Assembly: GCA_016180645.1 (NCBI GenBank)
Contig: JACPAV010000014.1
Span: 1-64,000 of the forward strand
Source of the DNA: Nitrospirota bacterium
GTDB taxonomy: Bacteria; JACPQY01
DNA length: 64,000 nt
Direction of reading: 5' to 3'
Position 1 is the stretch's first letter; each line of letters begins with the position of its first letter. The position numbers and the translations under genes are program-made. Of the stretch, positions 9,821-18,262 are shown one piece after another. The notes below the pieces were generated by a model. It had not been told where the DNA came from, searched no databases, and saw nothing but the letters and a program-made list of their open reading frames with translations.

Positions 9821-10144
9821 ATGCTTCCCCTTGGCTCGCTGAAAGATCAAGTCGCCGTCATCACCGGCGGCGGCACCGGTCTCGGGAAGGCCATGGCCGA
9901 TGAATTCGGGCGGCTGGGAGCCAGGCTGGTTCTCGCGAGTCGAAAAAAAGAGAACCTCGATTCCGCTGCGGAGGATCTTCGCAAGAGGAAGATCGAGGTG
10001 CTGACCGTTCAAATGGACGTGCGGAAGCCGGAGGACTTCGTCAACGGCGACGTGTTCACGATGGACGGGGGGGAGTGGCTCAACCGGGGAATCTTCCGCG
10101 CTCTGGATCGCCAGGAAGCTCCCTCGATTCCTCCAAGGAAATAG
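9821..10144 (+). pseudogene. SDR (2,4-dienoyl-CoA reductase-like) with a large in-frame internal deletion
   Basis: ITGGGTGLG...MDVRKPE is joined directly to the C-terminal FVNG..TMDGG.WL; no NNAG or YxxxK region; only 107 aa. Confidence 0.75.
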
Positions 10145-10208
10145 AGGCCCGCACGCCCCTCACGGGGCGGGAGGATCTCCGGCTTTTTCTCTGAACCCGG
10201 CGGGTGCC

Positions 10209-10445
10209 CTATCGGGCCGGCGGCTTGAAAAGGTCGGAAGGGGAGACACGAAGGACCTGGCCCAGCGTGAAAATCGTGTCGAAGGACGGCATCCGCTGTC
10301 CCCTTTCGAGCAGTCCCAGGTAATTGGCGGAAAGCTTGAGCGCCTTCGCCAATTGCTCCTGCGTCATCCCCACCTTTGCACGGAATCGGCGCGTGTTGGC
10401 GCCCACCCATGTCGCGAGTTCCTGAGTATCTTTTGCCTGTCTCAT
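10209..10445 (-). CDS. XRE/Cro-family HTH transcriptional regulator
   Basis: GMTQEQLA...SANYLGLLERGQRMPS; GGAG RBS upstream of ATG 10445. Confidence 0.9.
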   Translation of the reverse strand: MRQAKDTQELATWVGANTRRFRAKVGMTQEQLAKALKLSANYLGLLERGQRMPSFDTIFTLGQVLRVSPSDLFKPPAR

Positions 10446-10574
10446 GATCGCTTTGCTCCCTCCTCGGCAACGATCCGGCCTTTCGGCCGGTCGTGATACC
10501 GGCCGACCTCTGAACTTCTTCGGCGGACCCAACGCCCGCAATTCAGGCCAGAGAGCGGCCGGGAACGAATGCCC

Positions 10575-10760
10575 CTACAGGTCGCTCGGTTTCAGCGTCT
10601 TGCGACCGTTCGCTTTGCAGCGCGAGATCGCCTGACCGATCAGGTCGCGGACGACCTTGTCCAACGCGCCGTAGAATTCCGACGAAACGTTGTGACCCTT
10701 GGCGGCGCCCTTCGTTCGGCTCTTCGAGATGATCAGTTCTTTTGATTTTCCTTTTGCCAT
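10575..10760 (-). CDS. Prokaryotic histone-fold protein (61 aa)
   Basis: LII.S+.K...NVSSEFYGALDKVVRDLIGQAISRCKANGRKTLKPSDL with the RKTxxxxD signature; basic; AAGGAG RBS. Confidence 0.85.
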   Translation of the reverse strand: MAKGKSKELIISKSRTKGAAKGHNVSSEFYGALDKVVRDLIGQAISRCKANGRKTLKPSDL

Positions 10761-10871
10761 GTCGAATCTCCTTTCGGTTTCAATTTCAATTTGTGAGCGT
10801 AAAGCCATGTATCACAGGCATGAGGCCCATTGCAAGTCATTAATCACCGGGGTGACAAGCTGAAAGGGCCG

Positions 10872-12131
10872 TCAGAACCCGATCCCGAGGGAGAATCGGA
10901 TGCCGGAGCCCTCACGGGAACCGGCAAGCGTCTCCTCCGCGGCCTGCCAAGACACCTCCGTGACCCATTTCAAGCGGCGGAAGAGTCCGAACTGCGCGCC
11001 GCCCTTGAGTTCGAAACCGAAACCGAATTTGGAATCTCCCCCCTGGTTCGTGGGATTGAAAACGGCGCTGTTGCTGAGGGACTGATACTGGAACGCCGGG
11101 CCGACCCCCACGAAAGGTCGGGCGAATTCCGAACCGCCCAGTGGGAAAAGGACGAGGATGCCGAAGGGGATCCGGGTCAAATTGGAAGTATCGGTCCGGC
11201 CGTCGGATCGGGAAAGGCTCGCCGAGCCGGAGAAATAACCCATCGATGCCTGAACGATCCATGGCTCACGCCATACGAAGCCGACGTCGATGGCGGGGCC
11301 GAGAAGCTGGCCGAAAACCTGCCCGGTCTTGGCCGAGGGGCTGAGGATGGAAAGGAATCCTGCGATGTGAATGCGGCGGCTCGGCGGCAGGGGCACGGGA
11401 CGGTCCGCCTGTTTCGGCCCTGTGGCGTTCGCAAGCTCCGCCACCGGCTCTTCATTTCCGGGGTCGATCGGCTGGCCCTGAAGTTTGATCCAGCCGGGGT
11501 TGCCGAGGCTCCATTCCACGGTGCGTTCCAAAGGCGAGCCGACGAGGGCGACCAGCTGGCCCAGTTCGGGTCTCAGCCGGGATTCGAGGTGCTCCACGCG
11601 ATTCAGGAGATCGTTCCACGCCAGCACGTCCGGAGCGGGGAGTGCGGTTCTCGGCCGGCGACCTTCCTCTCCGCTGATGGAAGCGGGCCTGCCTTGCCCC
11701 AAGTGGTCCAACCGGGCCACGAGCGCTCCCAGGGAAGTGCCCCGGCGTACCACGCGCTGCGCAACGATCCGGGGCTGCGCTGGTTTTGCCCGGTAGTCGC
11801 GGGCCAGGTAGATGACGGCCTCGAAGGGGGAATCCCAATCGAACGCCTCGATCGGGATGCTGCCGAGCCATCCACTGAGTCGCCGCGCCAGTCTGCCCTT
11901 CGTTTCCCTGCTGTAGACGGCGGTCCGGTCGGTCTTGACCCGGAGTCGCACCGCCTTGAAGTCAATCCCGCGACTGCGAAGAATGCGCTGCACTTCGAAC
12001 GAAACGGGCTTGGGCACATCCGCCGAGACGAAGAGGGCGACCGTGGACCGCGACTTGGGGGGTGCGGCCATCGCAGGATGAGTGATTCCGAGGACCAAAA
12101 GGGCCGGCAGGAGAAATCTCAGACGCATCAC
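10872..12131 (-). CDS. Exported protein with C-terminal outer-membrane beta-barrel
   Basis: Signal peptide; alternating beta-strand pattern (RPFVGVG, FGFGFELKGG); ends SLGIGF. Confidence 0.65.
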   Translation of the reverse strand: MMRLRFLLPALLVLGITHPAMAAPPKSRSTVALFVSADVPKPVSFEVQRILRSRGIDFKAVRLRVKTDRTAVYSRETKGRLARRLSGWLGSIPIEAFDWDSPFEAVIYLARDYRAKPAQPRIVAQRVVRRGTSLGALVARLDHLGQGRPASISGEEGRRPRTALPAPDVLAWNDLLNRVEHLESRLRPELGQLVALVGSPLERTVEWSLGNPGWIKLQGQPIDPGNEEPVAELANATGPKQADRPVPLPPSRRIHIAGFLSILSPSAKTGQVFGQLLGPAIDVGFVWREPWIVQASMGYFSGSASLSRSDGRTDTSNLTRIPFGILVLFPLGGSEFARPFVGVGPAFQYQSLSNSAVFNPTNQGGDSKFGFGFELKGGAQFGLFRRLKWVTEVSWQAAEETLAGSREGSGIRFSLGIGF

Positions 12132-12143
12132 GCCGCCATTATA

Positions 12144-12725
12144 TCACCGGGATGATTTCGACAGGATGGCGGCGGAGAATTCCAGAGCGGAGGTCAAATG
12201 CAGCGCTTCTTCGAGTGTAGCCCCGATGGCATATGAGCCGTGGCCCCGCATCACGGCGATCCGATGCTCCCGAAGCACTCCGGGCAAGATGCGCGGCATC
12301 TTCCGGTAGCTCTCGATGGTGTTGGCGCCGACGACGGGAACGCGCTGAAGGTGATGAATGCCTTCAACATCCACCGGAACGACGTCCCTCCGGTGTAAGG
12401 AGAGAGCCACAGCCTGAACGGGATGCGCGTGCACGATGGCCCTTGCGCCCGTCAGAGCATAGATGGCCCGGTGGATCTCGACATCCACGGAGGGGGTTCT
12501 TGATCTCCCTCTCCCCTTGCCCGCCGCGGCGGGCTGGCGGGAGAGGGTCAGGGTGAGGGGTACCTTCACAATGTCCTTCGCCCTCAGAACCCCCAGCATT
12601 GCATCATGCCTCGTGATGAAAATGGCCTGCCCGATCCTCACACTCATGTTCCCACTGTGCGACCCGACAAGGCCCAGATCGAAGAGGATTCGGCCGACCG
12701 AACTGAAAGTGTGGGCAAGCGTCAC
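12144..12725 (-). CDS. Class II aldolase/adducin family protein (FucA-like)
   Basis: SGNMSVR, H..IY, AIVHAHP, MRGHG; contains an in-frame palindromic insertion. Confidence 0.88.
   Translation of the reverse strand: MTLAHTFSSVGRILFDLGLVGSHSGNMSVRIGQAIFITRHDAMLGVLRAKDIVKVPLTLTLSRQPAAAGKGRGRSRTPSVDVEIHRAIYALTGARAIVHAHPVQAVALSLHRRDVVPVDVEGIHHLQRVPVVGANTIESYRKMPRILPGVLREHRIAVMRGHGSYAIGATLEEALHLTSALEFSAAILSKSSR
12505..12560. repeat. CCCTCTCCC/GGGAGAGGG-type palindromic element in frame inside the aldolase gene, with nested cccgccgcggcggg hairpin
   Basis: ctccctctccccttg-cccgccgcggcggg-ctggcgggagagggtcagggtgagggg. Confidence 0.7.
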
Positions 12726-15700
12726 GAATGCCGGATCTTCCGCTTCTTCTTGATAGCTCTACGTGCTGATGGCGAGGGTGGAAGCGAATCGGAAATGCTC
12801 CATAGAGCCTCGATTGCGGCTGCACCGTCCAGAGAACGCGGAGTTCGTTTCTTGAGCAGTCGGAGAAGCGGTTGGACGCCCTCTTCCTGTCCAAGTCTGC
12901 CCACCGCGATGGCAGCCGATCTTCTGACTTCCACGTTCTTGTCAAGCAAGGCGGCAAGGAGCGGTCGCAGGCCTTTTCGATCACCGATCTCGCCAAGGGC
13001 CATGGCAGCCGGGGCGCGCACCCTGGGATCCGATTCTTGTGTGAGCATCTTCAGGAGCCTTGGAACTGCGTCAAACATCCGGGCGGCTGATACGCCGAGG
13101 GTTCCTGCCCGTTTCACATCCGGGCTTCCATCCATCAACGCCTTCAGCAACGCATCTTTCGCCTGTGGAGAGCGCATGCCGGCCAGTGCAAGTATGGCGG
13201 GTGCGCGAATTTCCGGTCTTCGGTCCTGGGAGGCGTCGAGCAGTATTCTTTCCGCATCGGAACCTCCAATCCGTGCCAGAGCAAAGGCGACCTCCCGGCG
13301 GGTGTCACCGTCACTTTCACGCTTAAACCGCTCCTCAAGGGGACCCAACGCATCGGGATTTCCCAATTGAGCCAAGGCTTGGGCAGCGGCGCTTCTTACT
13401 TTCGGGTTGGAATCATCGGACAGGATGTTCAAGAGCGTCCGAATCGATTGGGCGCTCCTGAAAAGGCCCAATACCAGCGTCGAGGTGAATCGGACAACCG
13501 GGCTGTTGTCGTTGATGGCCTTGAAAACCTCTTCTTTCGCTCTGGCGCTCCGTGCCCACGTCAAACCGTTGATTGCAGAAGCGCGGACAGTGTCGTCGCG
13601 GCTCTGAAGCGCCTCGATCAGGATTTTCTCGGTTTCCGGAGTTTTCCTCCTGCCCAGTTCTGTTCCGGCCAACCACGAAAGGGGCGGATCACCGCCGTGG
13701 AGTTTTGTGATCAAAGCTTCAATGGGATCCTCGTCAGGCCACCACACTTGGCCTCGTCTCATTTTGACCAAGGCTCTTGAGATTTCACCGTGCAGGCCGG
13801 AGTGACGAACTTCCCTCAAAGCCCACTTCCAAACCTGAAAAGGGATTCTTGGGAAAGTCTTGACGAAGTTTGTTGCAATGGTCGCCCTTAGGTCTTGCGG
13901 CAATGCTTCCGTTACCTCCGCGCCTAGAAGAACGGCCAGGACATCCTGCTTGTGAAGAATCTTGGTGATCCAATTCCGCCTCCCGCCCTGACGAAGGTTC
14001 ATGAAATGTTCGACGAGATTCCTTGCATCTTCCTGACGATTCTGGACGTGGCCCATGTAGCCTGTCCCGAGGCGAATGACCTCCTGCCATCTTGGATCAT
14101 GGAGATGTTGAAGAACCTCGCTCTCAAAATTGCCTTCAGCGTGCAGGCCAACAGCCGCAAAGAACTCCTGAAACTCCAAGTGCATGAACCCCCACTGGCC
14201 GGGGCCTCTTTCAATGAGGATTTGGACCTCTTCCCCGGCCTTGTCCAGAAACACCGCGGCCACGCGACGGGCCTCGGCCTTGGACAGCTTTTCTCTCTCT
14301 CGAATCTTTTCCGCGAGGACGTCGATCACGAACTCTTTTGGGGCCGCTCCCGTCGGCCACTCTCGATGCAGGTTGAGTGCGAGATGTCCGAGGACGGGCA
14401 CGGCCTGTTCCGCATACGGGATGGGCCGACCCGATACATGGCCGGAAACGAGTCGTCGAGCGGTCTCCCACGTTTCGCAAAGGGCGCGGGAGAATATCTC
14501 GTACGCCAGAACCCTGTGGTGAGGGAGATCTCCTTCAGCTCGGTGGATGAGGGCAAGGGCCGAGAGAGCGAACGGGTTTCGAGCGACCTCCGACAGGCGC
14601 GGATTCTCCCGAAGCCTGGAGAGGAGCTTATCCGCATCACGGAGAGCCATCGGATCGTCACCGCCGATCTCCCATTTCCGGTAAGCCCGCGTGAATGCCC
14701 TAACGTAGGTCTCAACCTGGCGGTCGTCGAATGAATCCAGATAGATTTCGGCTTTGTCGTTCATTTCGAAACCGGAATAGCCGACTGTTCGCGAAGAAAT
14801 GATGAACCGATTTCTTGGATATGCGGTGATGAATGTTTCAAGCCAGGCGCGGGTCGCATGCCGGTTTTCGGTTTTTACCTCATCCAACCCATCGAGCAGG
14901 ACCAAACATTCTCCCTGTTCCAGGGAGCGGTGAAGGAAGGTCCGAAGTTCATCTTCCTGCCCAACATTCCGCTCGTGGAAATACCGCGCCATGGCATCTG
15001 GAACCGAGGGGCTTCCTGTCATGGAGTTCCTCATTTCGGCCAGATGGCCCACACTGACAGGCAAAGGCAGAAGTCTTTCACTGAAGCCCAATTGCCGATC
15101 AAGACCGATCCTTCCCTCGGACGAAACGACGGCCAGCCACCTGAGGACCGTCGTTTTCCCCGATCCAGGTTCCCCCAGCAGGACGATCCGTCGATTTACC
15201 CGAAGGGCTTCCGCCAGATCGCGTGTTAAGAGAGGCGACAGCACTTTACCCGCCTCGACGTCTGTCTTTGCGGCCTCACTGGAAGGTCGGTCGAAGGGGA
15301 TGATGCCGTCCGTAGTGCTTTCTTTCTCAGCTTGTTTGATGTGAGGTGAGACAAACACATCCAGGAGGCCCAAGACCGGGGGTTCCTTTCTGGTGAGGCG
15401 GAAACCGACGTAACGAAGATTTTTTATCTCCGGGCTGTTCGAGTAGTACCTGAATTTGTCCCAATACTTCAGATCCTTGTCGGGGAGAAACTTCTCCGGA
15501 TCGGCTCGCTCACGCGCCGCCGGGGGGAAAACGTATGCCACCACATGATCCTTCTCGGAAAGACCGAGACACGGGAAATGTTCAGGTCGTTCGCGCTCGG
15601 GCAGCATTAGATAGACATCCTCCGTAACCGCAACGGAGTTGGAAGGCGTGGCCTGCTCCAGATGCCCGCACAAGTCAATGGCCTGGTGAGACATCTTTCC

Positions 15701-16081
15701 CGTTTCAGGCTCCCATTCCACGGTTGCGGAACTCACGGCAATCCGAGCCTGCAACCCCAGTGAAACACACACCTCTTCCCAGAGATTCTTTGCAAGCTGA
15801 AAACCCCGAACGGGCGCCGGTGTTCCTTCATCATCGGTGAGGTAAATCATGACGCCGTCCCCCTGCCAGGTCAGCGGTTGGACGGCATGAAAACCACGCG
15901 CGGCCGCCTCTACGGCCGCCCAGTAGCGATTGTTGCGCTTGCGCCATTGCCCCTCGATCAGCTCCTTCTTCTCCTGTGTGGACCCCTCCCTGTCGATCTT
16001 CACAAACGCAAGGGAAATCCTTTCCCCTGGGATGATCTTGTCCCACCAAAGGTAGGGTGAGGAGGGGGAATCTGTAATCAA
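12722..16081 (-). CDS. NACHT (STAND) NTPase with N-terminal class III nucleotide cyclase-like domain and C-terminal HEAT repeats
   Basis: Cyclase-like IDREGST/QGDG/ARIAV/HLEQAT..VAVTEDVY; Walker A GEPGSGKTT; Walker B LLDGLDE; FMHLEFQEFFAA; many VR..AA.ALG HEAT repeats; TTG start overlaps the upstream TGA. Confidence 0.88.
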   Translation of the reverse strand: MITDSPSSPYLWWDKIIPGERISLAFVKIDREGSTQEKKELIEGQWRKRNNRYWAAVEAAARGFHAVQPLTWQGDGVMIYLTDDEGTPAPVRGFQLAKNLWEEVCVSLGLQARIAVSSATVEWEPETGKMSHQAIDLCGHLEQATPSNSVAVTEDVYLMLPERERPEHFPCLGLSEKDHVVAYVFPPAARERADPEKFLPDKDLKYWDKFRYYSNSPEIKNLRYVGFRLTRKEPPVLGLLDVFVSPHIKQAEKESTTDGIIPFDRPSSEAAKTDVEAGKVLSPLLTRDLAEALRVNRRIVLLGEPGSGKTTVLRWLAVVSSEGRIGLDRQLGFSERLLPLPVSVGHLAEMRNSMTGSPSVPDAMARYFHERNVGQEDELRTFLHRSLEQGECLVLLDGLDEVKTENRHATRAWLETFITAYPRNRFIISSRTVGYSGFEMNDKAEIYLDSFDDRQVETYVRAFTRAYRKWEIGGDDPMALRDADKLLSRLRENPRLSEVARNPFALSALALIHRAEGDLPHHRVLAYEIFSRALCETWETARRLVSGHVSGRPIPYAEQAVPVLGHLALNLHREWPTGAAPKEFVIDVLAEKIREREKLSKAEARRVAAVFLDKAGEEVQILIERGPGQWGFMHLEFQEFFAAVGLHAEGNFESEVLQHLHDPRWQEVIRLGTGYMGHVQNRQEDARNLVEHFMNLRQGGRRNWITKILHKQDVLAVLLGAEVTEALPQDLRATIATNFVKTFPRIPFQVWKWALREVRHSGLHGEISRALVKMRRGQVWWPDEDPIEALITKLHGGDPPLSWLAGTELGRRKTPETEKILIEALQSRDDTVRASAINGLTWARSARAKEEVFKAINDNSPVVRFTSTLVLGLFRSAQSIRTLLNILSDDSNPKVRSAAAQALAQLGNPDALGPLEERFKRESDGDTRREVAFALARIGGSDAERILLDASQDRRPEIRAPAILALAGMRSPQAKDALLKALMDGSPDVKRAGTLGVSAARMFDAVPRLLKMLTQESDPRVRAPAAMALGEIGDRKGLRPLLAALLDKNVEVRRSAAIAVGRLGQEEGVQPLLRLLKKRTPRSLDGAAAIEALWSISDSLPPSPSARRAIKKKRKIRHS

Positions 16082-17265
16082 GGTCTGACTACACGACCGC
16101 TGAGCACCACTCGGAAGTGCCCCCCTTCCTCCCTGAAATCGGGGTCCGGAGCCCCAAGTTGTCTCATGCGCCGGATCATCTCGGGGACGCCAAATCCGAT
16201 GCTCTCCCGCTTGGTCGTGCGATTCAAGAGAGCGGAAATAATCGGATTCCGGCGCTGAGTGATTCCGTTCTTGATGTTCTCGATCGTCAGCTTGTTCAAG
16301 AGGCCGCCTGGGTTCACGATTTCAATCCGGTCATCGAAGACGAATAGGCGAATTTGTGAGCTGGCCCGGTAGTCCCGGTGAGCAAGGGCATTGAGGACCG
16401 CCTCCCGCAGGGCTTCTTCAGGTATGCCACCTGGTCCCGGTTGTTCCACACGGTCCCATCCCTCGATGTGTGAGGGGGACACAATCTGTTTTCTGATGAA
16501 TGCGAGAACCGACTCCAATTGTTGGGAAATCCTCCCTGTGATGTCTTGTTGATCCTTGACATCATGCCTGAACTCTTTTCCTCGAATGCGGACGGCGGAG
16601 ATCCTGGCATCAAGGAGCCATTTCCCGGGAAACTTTGCGAAGAAAAGAATTCCTGCGAGGGTAGGGATCCCACTTGGGTCGAGGCATTTCAATTCTTGGA
16701 GATAGCGAGGGAGTTCCTCTTCCGTGAAATTCCTCCCATACATTTCTTGGGTAAATTCGCTCGTGGCCTGCTGGTCCAAGTCTTCGTAGGTCGAGCCTGA
16801 TACCGGTGTTTCGTCGAAGTGGGAATCGGCGGATTGGAGAAGCCTCACAAGCTCATCGCGTGAAGCCTCTCGCGACCGGTTGGCGTCTCTGACGTAGTAA
16901 AGGTGTCCTGCCCTAAAAGGTCTGTCCGTAGAAAACCCGGGGATTTCCACAACAAGAAGGGGCATTTCTCCGACCATGATCTTGTTTTGCGTACAGGAAA
17001 TTGGCGGATGAACTTTATCCCGACATGCTTGACTGACCTTACGCATGATGGAGTCGGCTTGCCCCATGTCCCCGATGCCGGAGAGACTTCCATCATCCTC
17101 TACGCCGATGAGGATGACGCCGCCCCCGGAATTGGCGAAGGCCACGATTGCCTTGGCCATGATGTCGAGATCAACGTCGAAACCCGCCTTTGCGACGCCC
17201 TTGAACTCGGTCCTGGAATCTTCTCCTAGAGAGAGCCTTTGCTGGATTTGAGCTGCATCAACCAT
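16078..17265 (-). CDS. Schlafen/AlbA_2 domain + HATPase_c_4 ATP-binding protein
   Basis: GEDSRTEFK, AFANSGGGVILIGVEDDG, REAVLNALAHRDY, NPGGL, RNPII. Confidence 0.88.
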   Translation of the reverse strand: MVDAAQIQQRLSLGEDSRTEFKGVAKAGFDVDLDIMAKAIVAFANSGGGVILIGVEDDGSLSGIGDMGQADSIMRKVSQACRDKVHPPISCTQNKIMVGEMPLLVVEIPGFSTDRPFRAGHLYYVRDANRSREASRDELVRLLQSADSHFDETPVSGSTYEDLDQQATSEFTQEMYGRNFTEEELPRYLQELKCLDPSGIPTLAGILFFAKFPGKWLLDARISAVRIRGKEFRHDVKDQQDITGRISQQLESVLAFIRKQIVSPSHIEGWDRVEQPGPGGIPEEALREAVLNALAHRDYRASSQIRLFVFDDRIEIVNPGGLLNKLTIENIKNGITQRRNPIISALLNRTTKRESIGFGVPEMIRRMRQLGAPDPDFREEGGHFRVVLSGRVVRP

Positions 17266-17371
17266 GGCAAGAGTATAACCACCGCAGGGACACGGCGCAA
17301 AACGCCAGAGCCGGAACCGGCTTGCCCCTCACCGCCCGAAAATGGAATAATGCGGCCCAAAGGAGAAAACG

Positions 17372-18196
17372 ATGGATTGGGGAATGAAAAACAGAATGTC
17401 CGCCGTGTTCCGGCCGGAAACGGGCCGCGCCGTCATGCTGGCCGTGGATCACGGGTATTTTCAAGGTCCGACCACCGGCCTGGAATCGCCGAGGGATGTG
17501 GTGGCGCCGCTCCTGCCGCATGCCGACGCGCTGATGTGCACGCGCGGGCTACTCCGAAATTGCGTCGATCCCTCCACGAACGCTCCCGTAGTGCTGCGAG
17601 TTTCAGGCGGGCCGAGCGTGCTCAAAGAGCTTTCCGATGAGGAGATCACGACGTCCATGCAGGAGGCCGTCCGTCTGAACGCGGTGGGCGTGGGCATGTC
17701 CATCTTCGTCGGTTCCGAGAACGAACGGCGCAATATCGTGAATCTCGGCCGATTGGTGAACGAGGCGGAGGATTGGGGGATGCCGGTGTTGGCGATCACC
17801 GCGGTCGGCCGCGAGATGGAGCGCGATGCCCGTTACCTCGGATTATGCTGCCGGATCGCCGCCGAGATCGGAGCCCACTACGTGAAGACGTATTTCTGCA
17901 AGGATTTCGAGAAAGTGGTGCAAGGGACGCCGGTGCCCGTGGTCATCGCAGGCGGGAAGAAACTCCCCGAACGGGAGGCGCTGGAACTTTCGTACAACGC
18001 CATCCAGGGTGGGGCTTCGGGAGTCGACATGGGCCGGAATATCTTCCAATCCGAACATCCGGTGGCCATGATCCGCGCCGTGCGGGCGGTGGTCCACCAG
18101 AAAGCAACGGCCAAGGAGGCGTTCGATCTGTACGAATCCCTCGCCCGCGGAAGAGAGGAGGTGGCTCAGTTGCCGAAATCCCGGAAGGCGAGATAA
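17372..18196 (+). CDS. lsrF: LsrF-type class I aldolase/thiolase
   Basis: MDWGMKNR..MLAVDHGYFQGPTTGLE, VKTY, VPVVIAGGKKLPE, GVDMGRNIFQ. Confidence 0.9.
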   Translation: MDWGMKNRMSAVFRPETGRAVMLAVDHGYFQGPTTGLESPRDVVAPLLPHADALMCTRGLLRNCVDPSTNAPVVLRVSGGPSVLKELSDEEITTSMQEAVRLNAVGVGMSIFVGSENERRNIVNLGRLVNEAEDWGMPVLAITAVGREMERDARYLGLCCRIAAEIGAHYVKTYFCKDFEKVVQGTPVPVVIAGGKKLPEREALELSYNAIQGGASGVDMGRNIFQSEHPVAMIRAVRAVVHQKATAKEAFDLYESLARGREEVAQLPKSRKAR

Positions 18197-18216
18197 CAAG
18201 CGAAAGAGTCTTCCGG

Positions 18217-18250
18217 CTCCGCCCCTTTGCAAGGGGAGGTTGGGTGGGGT
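18217..18250. repeat. Short palindromic element (cccctttgcaagggg + G-rich tail)
   Basis: Same general class as elements at 12505 and 45998; intergenic. Confidence 0.45.
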
Positions 18251-18262
18251 AGAAAAGCTACC

